Positions 43,481-55,330 of a DNA stretch of 64,000 nt are shown one piece after another. The notes under the pieces are model-generated. The model had not been told where the DNA came from, made no database searches, and saw only the letters and a list, made by a program, of their open reading frames with translations. The position numbers and the translations under genes were made by a program. The number at the start of each line of letters is the position of its first letter. Position 1 is the stretch's first letter. The stretch is from positions 806,001 through 870,000 of the forward strand of contig CP142726.1 of NCBI GenBank assembly GCA_036630325.1, in the 5' to 3' direction. The stretch comes from Vairimorpha necatrix (lineage: Eukaryota).

Positions 43481-44485
43481 TTATATTTTTGATCTTAGTT
43501 TCGATTTTTGATTTTTCTTTTTGTCTTTTCTTTTTATTTGTTTTTCTTCTTCTTTTTTGATCTCGTTTTTTATTTGTTCATCTTCTTTTTTTATTTGTTT
43601 TTCTTCTTCATTTTTGCCTTCTTCGTTTTTTATTTGTTCTTTTTCAGCTTGTTTATCTTCGCCTTTAAGCTCGTCTAACTTTTGTTCCGCCCCGCCTTTG
43701 AGTTCATCTTTGGGCTCTTGTTTCTTACATAGTGATGTGTATTGTGTCTCTAAATTATATATATATTCTTCTTTCTCTTCTGGTATAAATTGTGGCTTCC
43801 CCCATCTATTTGGTTCATATCCATATTGACACCCAGGCGGGATATTTGTATTCACCCCTGGTATCTTCAGATCCGGGTAAGAAGGCGGAGGCCCAACTTT
43901 CTGCATTTTAAAAATCCACGGCGGCGGGGAAAATTCATTCATCCCCAACAGAAGTCTCAATTCATCTGTCAACATTCCAGGACTAAATCTCTTTTTCTCT
44001 TTTTCCCATGTAAAATCAAATGGCTCCCCATACGGAAACACAAAAGGCTTAAAATTTCCAAATGCCTCATAAAGTCGTCTAGGGTTTATTGACGCCTTCC
44101 CGAGTTTAGGAAATAATTTGTTCATAAATTTCTGCTTATCGCTTTGATTTCTTTTTACTTCTAAAATGTTAAGTCTTAATAATTCTAGACCTGTGTTTAT
44201 TATTGACAAGGGAATTGTGTAATCTTTCTTTTTATAATTTAGAGGGAATAAATGTTTATATTTCCATCTTTTTATAACAGGCACAGAATTATGCAGATTT
44301 TTTAATTTATTGTAAAATATTAAATCTGGAGATTTTATGTCTTCGATTTCTAGTAAATCGGGATAAGGAACAGATAATTTTAAAGAGTTAAATAGAGTAG
44401 TACGATATAAAAGCTTTTTGTCTTTTTTATTTAATTTTTTTTTTGTTTTTTTGTGAATAAAGGCGTAGTCCTTTGAGACATTCAT
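43481..44485 (-). CDS. U2 snRNP SF3B2/CUS1-like splicing factor
   Basis: NSVPV..W, PGMLTDELRLLLG, PPPW..MQKVGPPPSYPDLKIPGVN (PSP domain); repetitive charged tail; ATG at 44485 after CCCC. Confidence 0.92.
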   Translation of the reverse strand: MNVSKDYAFIHKKTKKKLNKKDKKLLYRTTLFNSLKLSVPYPDLLEIEDIKSPDLIFYNKLKNLHNSVPVIKRWKYKHLFPLNYKKKDYTIPLSIINTGLELLRLNILEVKRNQSDKQKFMNKLFPKLGKASINPRRLYEAFGNFKPFVFPYGEPFDFTWEKEKKRFSPGMLTDELRLLLGMNEFSPPPWIFKMQKVGPPPSYPDLKIPGVNTNIPPGCQYGYEPNRWGKPQFIPEEKEEYIYNLETQYTSLCKKQEPKDELKGGAEQKLDELKGEDKQAEKEQIKNEEGKNEEEKQIKKEDEQIKNEIKKEEEKQIKRKDKKKNQKSKLRSKI

Positions 44486-44652
44486 TTTAAAAGAGGGGTA
44501 ATTTAAAAAGATAACAAGCATAAACAAAAGTAAGATTTTATAAGATATTTCAATTTAGAAATTATTAAAAGTCAATTATTTAGCACAAGACAATCTTCTT
44601 GTTAAATATTTTAAAACATGTCATTTATAATAATATTATATCTAATTTACTT

Positions 44653-45015
44653 TTATTGTTCTACTGTCTCGCTCTCACTATCAGACATTGTCACTTCTGG
44701 GCTTTTTATCTTCATAATTTTATTGTACATGACATTGTCCTGGACTTTGTACTCCTCATAAATCCACACAAGAATATTCGCAAAAGAGTCGGCCTCATTT
44801 TCGTCAATTTCTATCTCTCGCTCTTCTAGAAAATCAAGAATGAAATCTGAAACATCTTCTTGTTTCTCACTAAATGATCCAGTAGAAGATTTAAGAATAT
44901 CTTCGATATTGACAGCTATCTCGCTTATAATATCGTCTTCTATTAGAGACTGGATAGTGGAAAATAAAGTGGATTTCTTTATGACATTTATGACTCTAGT
45001 GTCAAGATCAGACAT
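44653..45015 (-). CDS. TSR2-like pre-rRNA processing protein
   Basis: Acidic 120-aa protein with EDVSDFILDFL..EIDENEADSFANIL..YEE; CCC-ATG. Confidence 0.55.
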   Translation of the reverse strand: MSDLDTRVINVIKKSTLFSTIQSLIEDDIISEIAVNIEDILKSSTGSFSEKQEDVSDFILDFLEEREIEIDENEADSFANILVWIYEEYKVQDNVMYNKIMKIKSPEVTMSDSESETVEQ

Positions 45016-45210
45016 GGGAATAAAAAAAAAACAAAAGAAATAAAAGATTTACTTTTATACTAATTTATGCAAATTATTTCTAAGTAAACATTTATGCAGC
45101 ATAATCTCATACTACAATTAACATAAATATATTTAAATCATAATGCAAATTAACATATTATTTATGCTGCATAAATAATATATTTATGTTTAAATTCATT
45201 CCCTTATAAA

Positions 45211-45489
45211 ATGACAGACAACTCTAAAAAATTAAGATCTGTTTTCCCTGCAGCAAGACTTAAGAAAATCATGCAGTCAAATGAAGAAGTAGGGAAAATG
45301 GGTGTAAGTGTCCCATTTATAACAAGTAAAGCACTAGAAATGTTTATAGAAGAAATAGTAAAATTGACATATAAAGAATTAGAAAGTACTAAAGGGAATA
45401 GAATAACAGTGGAACATATAAGGAAAGTGATTAAAGATAATCCAAAATATGAATTCTTAAGTAATGTAACATCAGAACAAGAAATGTAA
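45211..45489 (+). CDS. NC2 alpha (DRAP1/Bur6) histone-fold protein
   Basis: FPAARLKKIMQSNEEVGK, SKALEMF, YEFL. Confidence 0.9.
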   Translation: MTDNSKKLRSVFPAARLKKIMQSNEEVGKMGVSVPFITSKALEMFIEEIVKLTYKELESTKGNRITVEHIRKVIKDNPKYEFLSNVTSEQEM

Positions 45490-45620
45490 AATAAAAACTA
45501 AATAACTGTATCATATTTATAAGAAAAATTATAATTAATTTAACTTTAATTAAAAATATTTTAAAATATATCTTATAAAAATATAAAAAGACCTTTTCTC
45601 TTAATTTTAAGATTATTTTA

Positions 45621-48170
45621 TTATAATCTATCGAACCAGTCTTCGGGATTCAAAGATGAATTAATCTTCTTAATCTGTCGAACTTGAGCAACTGTCTTGG
45701 CCATCAAACTTCCTTCATCAGAAAGAGACCCAGGAAGTACAGCATAATGAGAGAAAGACAAAGAAGCACCTGCTTTACCCTGAGTAGCAGATTTCAATTC
45801 TTCATTAAAAGTAAAAGACTCTCTTACTGGTAAAGTACCCTCAATAAGTGTAGTGACATTTCCCGCCATACTAGTAAATTCCTCAGCATTTCCTCTCTTA
45901 CCACATAAAATAGTAGTGACAGTTCCGACATACTCGTCAGGGGTGACAATGTCAACCTTGAAAATGGGCTCATATAAAACTGGGTCAGCAGCAAGTAAAA
46001 GACCCTTGCATAATTTAATAGTGGGCTGTAATAATTGATTAATTCCTCTATGAATAGAATCCGCATGAAGAGTAGCATCCTTTAAATCAAATCTCACTCC
46101 CTTCATCGTCTCTCCAATGAGTGGGCCTTCTCCTACTGCAACCTTGAAACCAGTGCTTAAATGTTCTTTAATTTCTCCGATAATAGAAATACCCTTTGAT
46201 CCATCTACTAGCATATTTTCAGGACTCAACTCGGGAGCCATAGACCAGATCTTCTTAACCCAGTCTTCATTAATATTCAAGATCTCTCTAAAATTGGCGG
46301 CGAGCTGCTTCTGATTATCTGATTTCACGTCATTGAGAGATTTAGTCAAATCTTCAGTCAGAGGTTCCACTGTCATGTAAAGCCTATTATGCTTATTGGC
46401 CGACTTAGTCATCTTAGGGACAGTGACTGCCTCAGTAACACCCTCAAAATAAGTGACAAGTGGCTCGTCATAAATAATAGGCACCTTGGCATATAATTCT
46501 TCTAAATCTTTAAGGCAGATTTCTAAATGTAAAGCACCCGCACAGGCAATTGTACTTTGTCCCTTATCATTCCTTTCTACTAAGCACAAAGGATCTGACT
46601 GAGCTAATTTATTGAGACCTTCTTGTAATTTTCCGAGATCTTCTGCCTTCTTGGCATTGACTGCAACTTTCACTACAGGGGAGACTGAAAATTTCATGGA
46701 TTTGATATTGTAGGCACTTTCTACATTCGTAATAGTACCAGTTTTCTTAAGACAATCATCAATACCGACGATACCCACAATGTTCCCAGCAGGACAACTT
46801 GGAATATCCTTGTTACTTCTTCCCATCATGACTACTGTTCTCAATACTGATTTATTATGAACCAAAGTCTTATTGGCATTAGTAGTACAAGACGGAGAAT
46901 ATCCGGGCTCTTGGACTCTAATCTTCATTCCTGGTTGGATAGACCCAGACAAAACTCTACCAAAGGCTATAAATCTATTATCATTCCCTGGTACCATCTT
47001 TGAAACATACATCATTACTGGTGCATCTTCAGAGGGATCGCATCTCTTAATTGCCTGGGCAATTTCGTCGTCGGCAGGACCTTCGTAGAGATGATCAAAT
47101 CTTACAGCTTGAGACTGAAGAGGACTGGGCAACTTAAGAACAATCTGCTCTAAAAGACATTCTGCGGCAGGGAGCCAAGTTCTCATTACAACTTTAAACA
47201 AGGACTTACCTTCTCCCATTAATACTACATTCTTAAAATCAACATTGAATAACTTTAGATATTCCTTAATTTCTTCTATCTTGCCTTCATTGCACAAATC
47301 TCTGACCTTGTAAATTGGATTTAAAACATAAACCACGAAAGGAGACATCTCTGGATTGGGCTTTTTGACGTGTTTCATATTTGGATCGAATGGATCAGAA
47401 GAACTACAAGACACTTGAATACTCCATAAGAACATAGAAAGTCTTTTTTCGCCTTCAAACCCAGATAATTTAAACTTGTGAAAATAGAATCTGGCAAAAG
47501 TTCTAAGAGTAAATCCCCAGCCTTGTAAACCTGAGCAAAAAGAAATTTCGTTTTTTTCTGGCATCAAAGACTCAACCTTGAATGTGTGGCCTAACTGAGA
47601 AAGTTTGGCGTTAAATCCTTCGCATCTTCTTCTTAAACTTTCTGCTAATTTGGTCTGTGAAAATTCTAATTCTAAGATGGCTCTGTCTAATTTATTGAGA
47701 ACTAATGTTGGGACGATTCTTTCCTCCATGGCCTGGTTCAGTACTGTTTCTGTCTGTACACAAATTCCTTCTACACAGTCGACTACTACTAAAGCACCAT
47801 CAGTGACTCTTAAAGCTGCTGTAACTTCACTACTAAAATCTACGTGCCCGGGGCTGTCAATTAAATTGATCAAAAATTCAGTACCATTTATGTCACCTGG
47901 CTTGGTGTACGCGTCAATAACTTCTTGGTCCAATTTGGTATGTAGGGAAATAGCTGTACTCTTGATAGTAATACCTCTATCCTGCTCATCTTTCCTAGTA
48001 TCCATATATCTTCCACCACCAGAATCTTTTGATACAATCTTAGCTTTGATGACTAATGTATCAGTCAATGTACTCTTCCCATGATCTACATGAGCAATGA
48101 CCGAAATGTTTCTAATATTTTTTTGATTTTCCATTAAATTATGAACTTTGTTAATGTGAAAGTCTACCAT
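45621..48170 (-). CDS. EEF2: Translation elongation factor 2
   Basis: AHVDHGKST, RGITIKS, LIDSPGHVDFSSEV, diphthamide loop LHADSIHRG. Confidence 0.98.
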   Translation of the reverse strand: MVDFHINKVHNLMENQKNIRNISVIAHVDHGKSTLTDTLVIKAKIVSKDSGGGRYMDTRKDEQDRGITIKSTAISLHTKLDQEVIDAYTKPGDINGTEFLINLIDSPGHVDFSSEVTAALRVTDGALVVVDCVEGICVQTETVLNQAMEERIVPTLVLNKLDRAILELEFSQTKLAESLRRRCEGFNAKLSQLGHTFKVESLMPEKNEISFCSGLQGWGFTLRTFARFYFHKFKLSGFEGEKRLSMFLWSIQVSCSSSDPFDPNMKHVKKPNPEMSPFVVYVLNPIYKVRDLCNEGKIEEIKEYLKLFNVDFKNVVLMGEGKSLFKVVMRTWLPAAECLLEQIVLKLPSPLQSQAVRFDHLYEGPADDEIAQAIKRCDPSEDAPVMMYVSKMVPGNDNRFIAFGRVLSGSIQPGMKIRVQEPGYSPSCTTNANKTLVHNKSVLRTVVMMGRSNKDIPSCPAGNIVGIVGIDDCLKKTGTITNVESAYNIKSMKFSVSPVVKVAVNAKKAEDLGKLQEGLNKLAQSDPLCLVERNDKGQSTIACAGALHLEICLKDLEELYAKVPIIYDEPLVTYFEGVTEAVTVPKMTKSANKHNRLYMTVEPLTEDLTKSLNDVKSDNQKQLAANFREILNINEDWVKKIWSMAPELSPENMLVDGSKGISIIGEIKEHLSTGFKVAVGEGPLIGETMKGVRFDLKDATLHADSIHRGINQLLQPTIKLCKGLLLAADPVLYEPIFKVDIVTPDEYVGTVTTILCGKRGNAEEFTSMAGNVTTLIEGTLPVRESFTFNEELKSATQGKAGASLSFSHYAVLPGSLSDEGSLMAKTVAQVRQIKKINSSLNPEDWFDRL

Positions 48171-48707
48171 TTTTTAGGGGTAAAATTTTTGAAAAAATAA
48201 AAAGAAAAATCAAAGAATTCTTAATTGGAAATTAACATGTAGCGTTTTTTGTTGAAACATTTTATCTCTATAATGTATATCTCATATGCATCAAGCAAAA
48301 AAGGCTATATTATATAATTTAACATTAAAAGGCATACTATATATAAAAACTTAGCAAGTTATCTTTCTTTATATAATTGGTGGAGTTTATGGTATCTACT
48401 CAGTTTTAAGAAATAAAAGTTATTTTAGCTAATACTAGCATGTGTTTTTTATCGTTAAAATTAAATATGCATGTATGATAAAACAAGCATTCTTAATTAG
48501 ATAGTAAACTTGCTGTACTTATATTTCACACATTTCTGGTAAGTATTCTAATGTATGTTGATACAACACATTATTGGTTATAATTTATAAAATCCCAAAT
48601 CCATAAAATAATTTTATTATGCAAAATTTTCTTTTTATATTTTTAAAAATAAGTTTGTTTGTTAAAAACAACAAAGTGACTTAATTAAACATCCACACCC
48701 CCTAAAA

Positions 48708-49526
48708 ATGGATGTGCATAAAGAAACCATACAAAGTATTAAAAAAGACATTTTTGAAAAAAGAATAGTTACAACATCTATTGATGGAATAATAAGAATT
48801 TTTGAGAATAAAAGCCAGCCCGACAATGCTCTCGATTTCTCTCTAGAATGTGAAATTAAATCTGATCATGGCTCATGTTTAAAAGCTGTTTTTATGCATA
48901 ATAATGAATACATAGCCGCATCTTTTTCGTCTGGTATGTTATTAATATTAAAAAAAGATTTCAAAAATTCATATGCCATAAAATATGAACATCAAGTTTA
49001 TACAGGCGTTATAAATGATATTTCATCATCTTATAACAATAAATATAATATTCATTGTGCATGTGCAGACGGCAAAATTAGAACAGTAAGTTTCCAAGAA
49101 GGAGAGAATCTTCAAGTTTCAGAAATTACTGCTCATAGGTTTGGAATTTCTACCATTGATTCTAATTCAAATTTTATTGTTTCAGGTGGAATTGACTATT
49201 CAATTGCCATATGGGAAAATGAAAAAGAAATTGTAAGATTCAGAGATCATAGTTGTTATGTAAGAGAAGTTTGTATAGCTCCTGATAATATTTTTAGTAT
49301 TCTTTGTTTTGCTTCATGTGGTGACGATGGTAAAGTTTTTATATATTGGAAATATAAAGAAGAATATTTAAAACAAGAAATTGTTCTTGATGGGCCTGTT
49401 TACAGTTTAATCTGGAGCAAATCAGGATTTACATTGAGCATTGGATATGGATCAAACAAATTTAAATGTTATGAACCAAAGAAAGATGGGAAATTCGAAG
49501 AAGTTGAATTAATTAAAGAAAATTAA
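48708..49526 (+). CDS. SEC13: SEC13-like WD40 protein
   Basis: H...I, KRIVTTSIDG.IRIF, FASCGDDGKV, WSKSG..L. Confidence 0.78.
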   Translation: MDVHKETIQSIKKDIFEKRIVTTSIDGIIRIFENKSQPDNALDFSLECEIKSDHGSCLKAVFMHNNEYIAASFSSGMLLILKKDFKNSYAIKYEHQVYTGVINDISSSYNNKYNIHCACADGKIRTVSFQEGENLQVSEITAHRFGISTIDSNSNFIVSGGIDYSIAIWENEKEIVRFRDHSCYVREVCIAPDNIFSILCFASCGDDGKVFIYWKYKEEYLKQEIVLDGPVYSLIWSKSGFTLSIGYGSNKFKCYEPKKDGKFEEVELIKEN

Positions 49527-49901
49527 AGAATTAAAAAATTATACTTATTTTTCTATATACAAATTTTTTTAATTTTAAAAATTTTTATAATGTTTTTTTT
49601 TACAACTTTTAGGTAAAAAAACTTTACAAAATTCGAATATAATAATTTTTTAATATATTTGCTATTATTTAAAATCATCTTTGAAATATGGCTTTCTTGG
49701 TTAAAATATTAAAATATTTTTTTAATACGTGTTTTATTTTTTTATTGGTTCAATTTGTTATTACACATCAGAGAAACCGTTTTTAATATAACCAATTAAT
49801 TAAATTATGTCATCAATCAAAAATCACTTCTTTTGTGTATCAAAGTAAAACTCTGTTTCAGAAAAAAACATTTAAAAAAAGAATTTGCAATGATTTAATT
49901 A

Positions 49902-52900
49902 ATGAGAAAAAATTTATATTTAGTACTAATAGTTAGAATACTAGGAAGAATACTCAAATCCGATAGAAGAGGAAGTAGTTTAAAGCGTAGTTCATTAAGA
50001 TCTCATACTATAATAACTAGCGACACTGTACATGATGACCCGGACCATGTAGATGTTGATTTAAGAAATAAAAATAAAGGTAACAGAAAAAATCAACACA
50101 CAGGAACAGTAATTCACGTTAGAAAGAAGAGCGTTCATGGTCATCATCACCACCATCATCATTTCCCTCCAAGTCCGCCAGAGGAACATGTTAGGAGAGA
50201 AGTAATAAGGCCAGAAGTATCTCCGCATACTGGGTTAACTGACGAAGAAGTGGAGAAAGCGCTGAAAGAAACTCCTAATACATCTGCGCCGATGGTTTAT
50301 TCATCAATGAAAGAAGTAAAACCAGGTGTAAATCCAGAGCTTGATAAGACTTTAACTGTGCAAAAAATGATGGAAGAGTTCAGAAACTTCTTACCAAAGG
50401 TTGGAGATGCTACAAATGAGGTATTAAAAGATGCAGGTGAAATATTAGAACGCGCTCCCAATGGCGATATAAGTGCACCGTACGTAGATCGTAACGGAAA
50501 CCCTACTGGATTTAGCTATGGTGAAGAAGCTGAACATTATATTAAAAAAGCAGCGCCTTTGATAGCAACTGTCGAACCTCTTGAACATCCTCTAGAACAA
50601 GTTAACAAGAATATTGATGAAACAATTGTTGGACCTGTTCCATCTGCAGAACATACTGCGCAATACGAATTCGAAGATCTAGTAGAACACGGCGTACCTC
50701 CAGAAAAAGCAGCTAAATTAGCAGAAAGAATCGAGCAAAGTATTACCAATGAAAAGGCAGAAAGAACAAGATTAGCGAACGCTCTAAAGGACAATGCAAA
50801 AGAAAGTTTTGAAGCTGCAAATCATCAAGATTTATTGGCAGAAATTGAACAAGAGAAAATAGATGACGCAAATAAGATGATCGAAACTATGAACGAAGAG
50901 ACAATTAAGCAGACTATATTCCCGCAGCTACATCCAATTCACATGAATGAAGAAGAACTTGGATTTTTGAGACAATTAGGAAATCAATTAACACCAAAAG
51001 AAATCGGCCGACGTATGTTTGAAGCATTTGAATTGTCTAAAGAAGGTGGTGGTTCACCTGAAGATGCAATGAAAGCAGCTGCAAGAACTGGTTACCTACT
51101 TTCAGAGTTTAATAATGAAGTAAGAAAAGGAGTTCCACCTGAAATAGCAACTGATTTAATAAAAGAACGAGCAAATATTCGAGATGCCGTCGAACAAAGA
51201 AGATCTTTCGTACAAAATAATGGACCAGAAATAGCTCAATTGGTCTCGGAAAATACCAAATTAGTTCAAGAAGCAGCAAGAAAAATCGCGCAAAATCCAG
51301 AGAATAAAAAAGAAGTGATGAATGAACTCGATTCAAAGATGAAAAAGTTAGCTTCAGACCATGCGAGTTATATACACGAGACATCCAATAAAAAGAATAT
51401 TCATATTCCAAGAAAAGCCGCAGATGATTTAATAGATGAGACGAAAAATATTAACAGTGAAATTTTGCACATTGCTCATAGTTCTCCTGTAGTTGCCAAA
51501 GATATTATTAAGAAAGGATTGGATAATTCAAGACAAGCTGCCGAAATATTCCATGAAACTCTCGATTACGTAGATGAACTCGAGAAGAGACACAGCCCGC
51601 TACCTAAATCTGCTTTGAAATTACTTAATGAAGCCAAAAAAGAACAGCAGTTAGATGAAATGGCTAGGAAGAGTGCGGAAGCGGAGCAAAAACTTAAAGA
51701 TGAAATTGCTAAAGAACATAAAGATGCAGAAGTTATGGCTACAGAAGAAAAGATAGCATCCGAGAATAAGGCAAAGAAGATTCAAGAAGAAGGATTGAAA
51801 GCGGCCGACAGAATACTTAAAGCAGGTGGTACAATAAGTGAAGCCAGAGCTGCGAAGAATTTCGCAGAGCAGAAGTTTGCAAATGCTTTAGCGAGCAAAG
51901 AGGCTTCGATCCGACAAGATGTTCTAAGATCTTTAAGCAATGATGTTGATCCACAAAAAGCAGCCAAGATTGCCACACATTTCGCGACTGCTCACACTGG
52001 CGAAAATGCCGTCGGTAAGACGAAAGATGAAGTTGTAAAAAATGAAATGGAAGAAAGAAAGAAGGAAGCCTTGGAAAAGGCTTTTTATAGTGATTTCTCC
52101 AATGAGAAAGTTGATATATTGAAAGTTATTCCTCCTGACAGTACAGAAGTCAATATTAGTAATTCGGTTATAAAATTCCCACTTAATACTTTTATTGATG
52201 AGAAACCTAAAGACAAAGGCGAAGAATTTGTGAAGAATAGGACAGATGTTCTTAGTAATATTGTCAGAAATACAGTCACACGTAACCAAGTGAATAGTGG
52301 GTTGAATACAATCCAGACATCTGATGGATTTTTGAATATGGGAGAGAACAGTAACAAGATTCATGTTCAGAAAGCAGTGGCGTTTATGAAACCATCTGGT
52401 AAAATACAAATGGAGAGAGAAGGTATTGACACATCTAATTGGAAATCGAGACATAATCAAGGAGAAAGACCTGGTGTACCAGATGGAGAACTTTATTACG
52501 AAGCTGAAGTTAATAATGCAGATATTCCGTTGCCTTCTCCGCTTAACAATGCGCCCGGCAAATTTATTTCTAATGGAGATGAGCAACTTGACGCCAATTA
52601 TATTGACGAGTTACACATTAAAACTGGTACACTTGAACAAGTTCCCTGGAATGAATTTTCAGATCTTGTAAAACCAAGACTGAATTTGTATCCTAATGAA
52701 GAAGAAAAGATACAGGAGATAACTGAATTGACTAATGCTATGGCTGAACAAAGAAAGAAGGAAGAACTTGACTCTATAAAAATTTATTCTTTTACCAATC
52801 CTGATGGCGAAAAACACATCACTACTGTTCCACAATATGGAATCACAGAGACATTCGAAGAAGAGGAAGCAATGAAAAGATTGTCAAATATCGATCCTGA

Positions 52901-53966
52901 TAAAAATATCGCGATAAGTGAAACGCCAACAGAAAGTAAGAAGGAACCAATAATTAATAGTTTAGATAATGTCCCAGACGATGAGATATTGGAGAAATAT
53001 GTAGATAACACAATCGCAGAAGGAAAGGCCAAGCAAAAAGCTAATAGATTTGTAAGTCCAATCAATGGATTTACAAATCAAGAAGATAAAGAAAAATCAG
53101 AATTAGTACAGACAGAGAAATTTGATATTACCAAGCACATGATCAATGACACCTCAGAAGCAAGTTTAGTGAAGAATGAAATGATTAAGAAGACCACTGC
53201 CTTTGCTAATGCTTTACATATTAGTAAAGAAGAATTTGTTGATTTAATTAAGAAGATACCTGATTCTACAATTTATAAGATGGACAAATTTAACTCCGAG
53301 CCTACGTCTAATCCAACAAAGATACTTGAAGAAGATTTCGTTAAAGTTTTGACTAATATTTCGTCCAATGTTTCGTCTTCAAACTTGATAAGTTATATTT
53401 TTAATAGCATCTCTGTCGTAACTGGAAAGCCAAATAATGTGTCATCTACCATTCTTGAACAAAATATAGTCCCGAATTTGAAAATAGTTGAGAATGTCAC
53501 GACTACAAGAACACCAAATGGTACTAATGTGACATCGACACTCGAGCCACCCAAGCCTGGATCTACAGTATTGAATGAAGTGGTTACTAGTGGAATGCCT
53601 AATATATCTACAGGACTTAATACAAGTTATCCTTATCCAGATCCTACTAAGAAACCCATAAGACAACAAGATAATATTGTGAGAAATCCAGGACCAAATC
53701 CATTAATAGTAGCTCGACCTCCTTATACGCAAAATACGAACACCTCTTTTAATATACCAAATTCGCCATCTAACGCTATACCGTCTTTAATACCTGAAGT
53801 AAGTACACAACTTCCACAAAGAACACCCACAAGACCACCAGGTACAGCGGGTACGGCAGGTACAGCAGGTACGCCTCCAAACAGAGGAACCGTCCCGGTA
53901 TTAGCCCTTCAGCCCGATTTAGCACCAAGGCCGAGATTAGGAATAGCTTCATCTACCCAGAGATAA
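49902..53966 (+). CDS. PTP3: Polar tube protein 3-like large secreted protein
   Basis: 1354 aa, signal-like N-terminus, His run, charged Ala/Glu/Lys core, Pro/Thr/Asn-rich C-terminus, no Cys. Confidence 0.65.
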   Translation: MRKNLYLVLIVRILGRILKSDRRGSSLKRSSLRSHTIITSDTVHDDPDHVDVDLRNKNKGNRKNQHTGTVIHVRKKSVHGHHHHHHHFPPSPPEEHVRREVIRPEVSPHTGLTDEEVEKALKETPNTSAPMVYSSMKEVKPGVNPELDKTLTVQKMMEEFRNFLPKVGDATNEVLKDAGEILERAPNGDISAPYVDRNGNPTGFSYGEEAEHYIKKAAPLIATVEPLEHPLEQVNKNIDETIVGPVPSAEHTAQYEFEDLVEHGVPPEKAAKLAERIEQSITNEKAERTRLANALKDNAKESFEAANHQDLLAEIEQEKIDDANKMIETMNEETIKQTIFPQLHPIHMNEEELGFLRQLGNQLTPKEIGRRMFEAFELSKEGGGSPEDAMKAAARTGYLLSEFNNEVRKGVPPEIATDLIKERANIRDAVEQRRSFVQNNGPEIAQLVSENTKLVQEAARKIAQNPENKKEVMNELDSKMKKLASDHASYIHETSNKKNIHIPRKAADDLIDETKNINSEILHIAHSSPVVAKDIIKKGLDNSRQAAEIFHETLDYVDELEKRHSPLPKSALKLLNEAKKEQQLDEMARKSAEAEQKLKDEIAKEHKDAEVMATEEKIASENKAKKIQEEGLKAADRILKAGGTISEARAAKNFAEQKFANALASKEASIRQDVLRSLSNDVDPQKAAKIATHFATAHTGENAVGKTKDEVVKNEMEERKKEALEKAFYSDFSNEKVDILKVIPPDSTEVNISNSVIKFPLNTFIDEKPKDKGEEFVKNRTDVLSNIVRNTVTRNQVNSGLNTIQTSDGFLNMGENSNKIHVQKAVAFMKPSGKIQMEREGIDTSNWKSRHNQGERPGVPDGELYYEAEVNNADIPLPSPLNNAPGKFISNGDEQLDANYIDELHIKTGTLEQVPWNEFSDLVKPRLNLYPNEEEKIQEITELTNAMAEQRKKEELDSIKIYSFTNPDGEKHITTVPQYGITETFEEEEAMKRLSNIDPDKNIAISETPTESKKEPIINSLDNVPDDEILEKYVDNTIAEGKAKQKANRFVSPINGFTNQEDKEKSELVQTEKFDITKHMINDTSEASLVKNEMIKKTTAFANALHISKEEFVDLIKKIPDSTIYKMDKFNSEPTSNPTKILEEDFVKVLTNISSNVSSSNLISYIFNSISVVTGKPNNVSSTILEQNIVPNLKIVENVTTTRTPNGTNVTSTLEPPKPGSTVLNEVVTSGMPNISTGLNTSYPYPDPTKKPIRQQDNIVRNPGPNPLIVARPPYTQNTNTSFNIPNSPSNAIPSLIPEVSTQLPQRTPTRPPGTAGTAGTAGTPPNRGTVPVLALQPDLAPRPRLGIASSTQR

Positions 53967-55330
53967 TATTGTGAATAAATTATTAATATAACCCCCTTTT
54001 TATTTAAGTGTAAAATTTTTATACCTCTTTTCTGTTTTGCAGTACACTTTTAAAAGTCCAGTGGACAAAAAACTGCCTGGAAAAAGGTACAAGATTTTAT
54101 TGTCAAAATTGTCTATAACAACACGATTAAACAAAGAAGGTTTGTAAAAAAACGAATCATTTTGTACCTATGATATAGATAAAAAAGTTAAAAGATGTTT
54201 AAAGCATTTTAATATAGCTGAAAATATTTATATAATTTATCCATTAAAAAAAATTTTTTTTTAACAATCATAAAATTCTAAGACTGTAAAATTTCCTTAA
54301 AATGGTTACCTCCATTGTAAATTAAAACTTAGACTTTTTAAAAGTGGAAAAAGAAAGAACACTCATTTTTATTTGAGAGACTTTAATATAATTCCAAAAA
54401 ACTTACACAATTAAACTTACCGACGTAAAAAACTTCGCCATGTCATTTGAACATTAGGACTAGAAGAATTGGTAACCATAATATCTATATTCGCTCAAGT
54501 TGCTTCGCACAAAAATTCTTATTAAGCACGGGGTTAATTGCGCCAAAAGAGAAATCGTAAAGCTAACACGCAAAACATTTATTATCATCTGCATCTTGCA
54601 CACGATTACTTACACCGCAACATCATTAAAATGAATTTTATAGGCATATTGAACCACTCGTCGCCCACAAGTTTCAACATCTGTTTAAAAGAATCCAGTA
54701 TGTTAGAGTCCCCAAATCTGCTATTGTTTTTTTTAATTCTTCAATTTGGCCCAAGAGCTCCCGCCAGATGCACTTCCTAAAGTTTTTTTTAAATCTATAT
54801 GATGTTTTACGTGAGTGTATCGGGTTTGACGCTACCTATTTTTGGCTTTAAGGTGCAAAGGCGACGAGAATGAAATCAACCGTAGCTATGCACGTAGGTT
54901 TCGTGCATCAAATTGATTCTTGCTTACATTTCACATTGTGAAAAGATATAACACATTTTAAGATCGAACTTACTAATGAGTATAAGGTATCAACCCGGGG
55001 CGTTTTTTGCAAAACACATGGCTTTGACCACGAAGCTACGAGCCATCTTGAAAATTAGCTTTATACTAGCAAATACAAATTGATCTGCCAGTATCTGCAT
55101 TTTATATGCCATTAGAGGAAAAATATAAGAAAAAAATTATCAGTTTCTGTATTATTATCAATTAATTACAGCAAGACGGCTCTTAATGAAACCCCACAGA
55201 GTCCGTGGGTCGTCAAAAAAGAAATTAGCGTCAAAATGCAAATTGTTTAGTTCGGAACATAAAAGATAATATATAGATTTAAAAAAATATAAGGTACACC
55301 AATTATATTTAAAAACAAATTAAAGCCTAC

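Noticed and set aside
45824-53669. Numerous antisense or nested short ORFs within eEF2 and PTP3 (also in RLI1, APN1, ClpB, pol)
   Set aside because: Shadow ORFs of strongly supported genes
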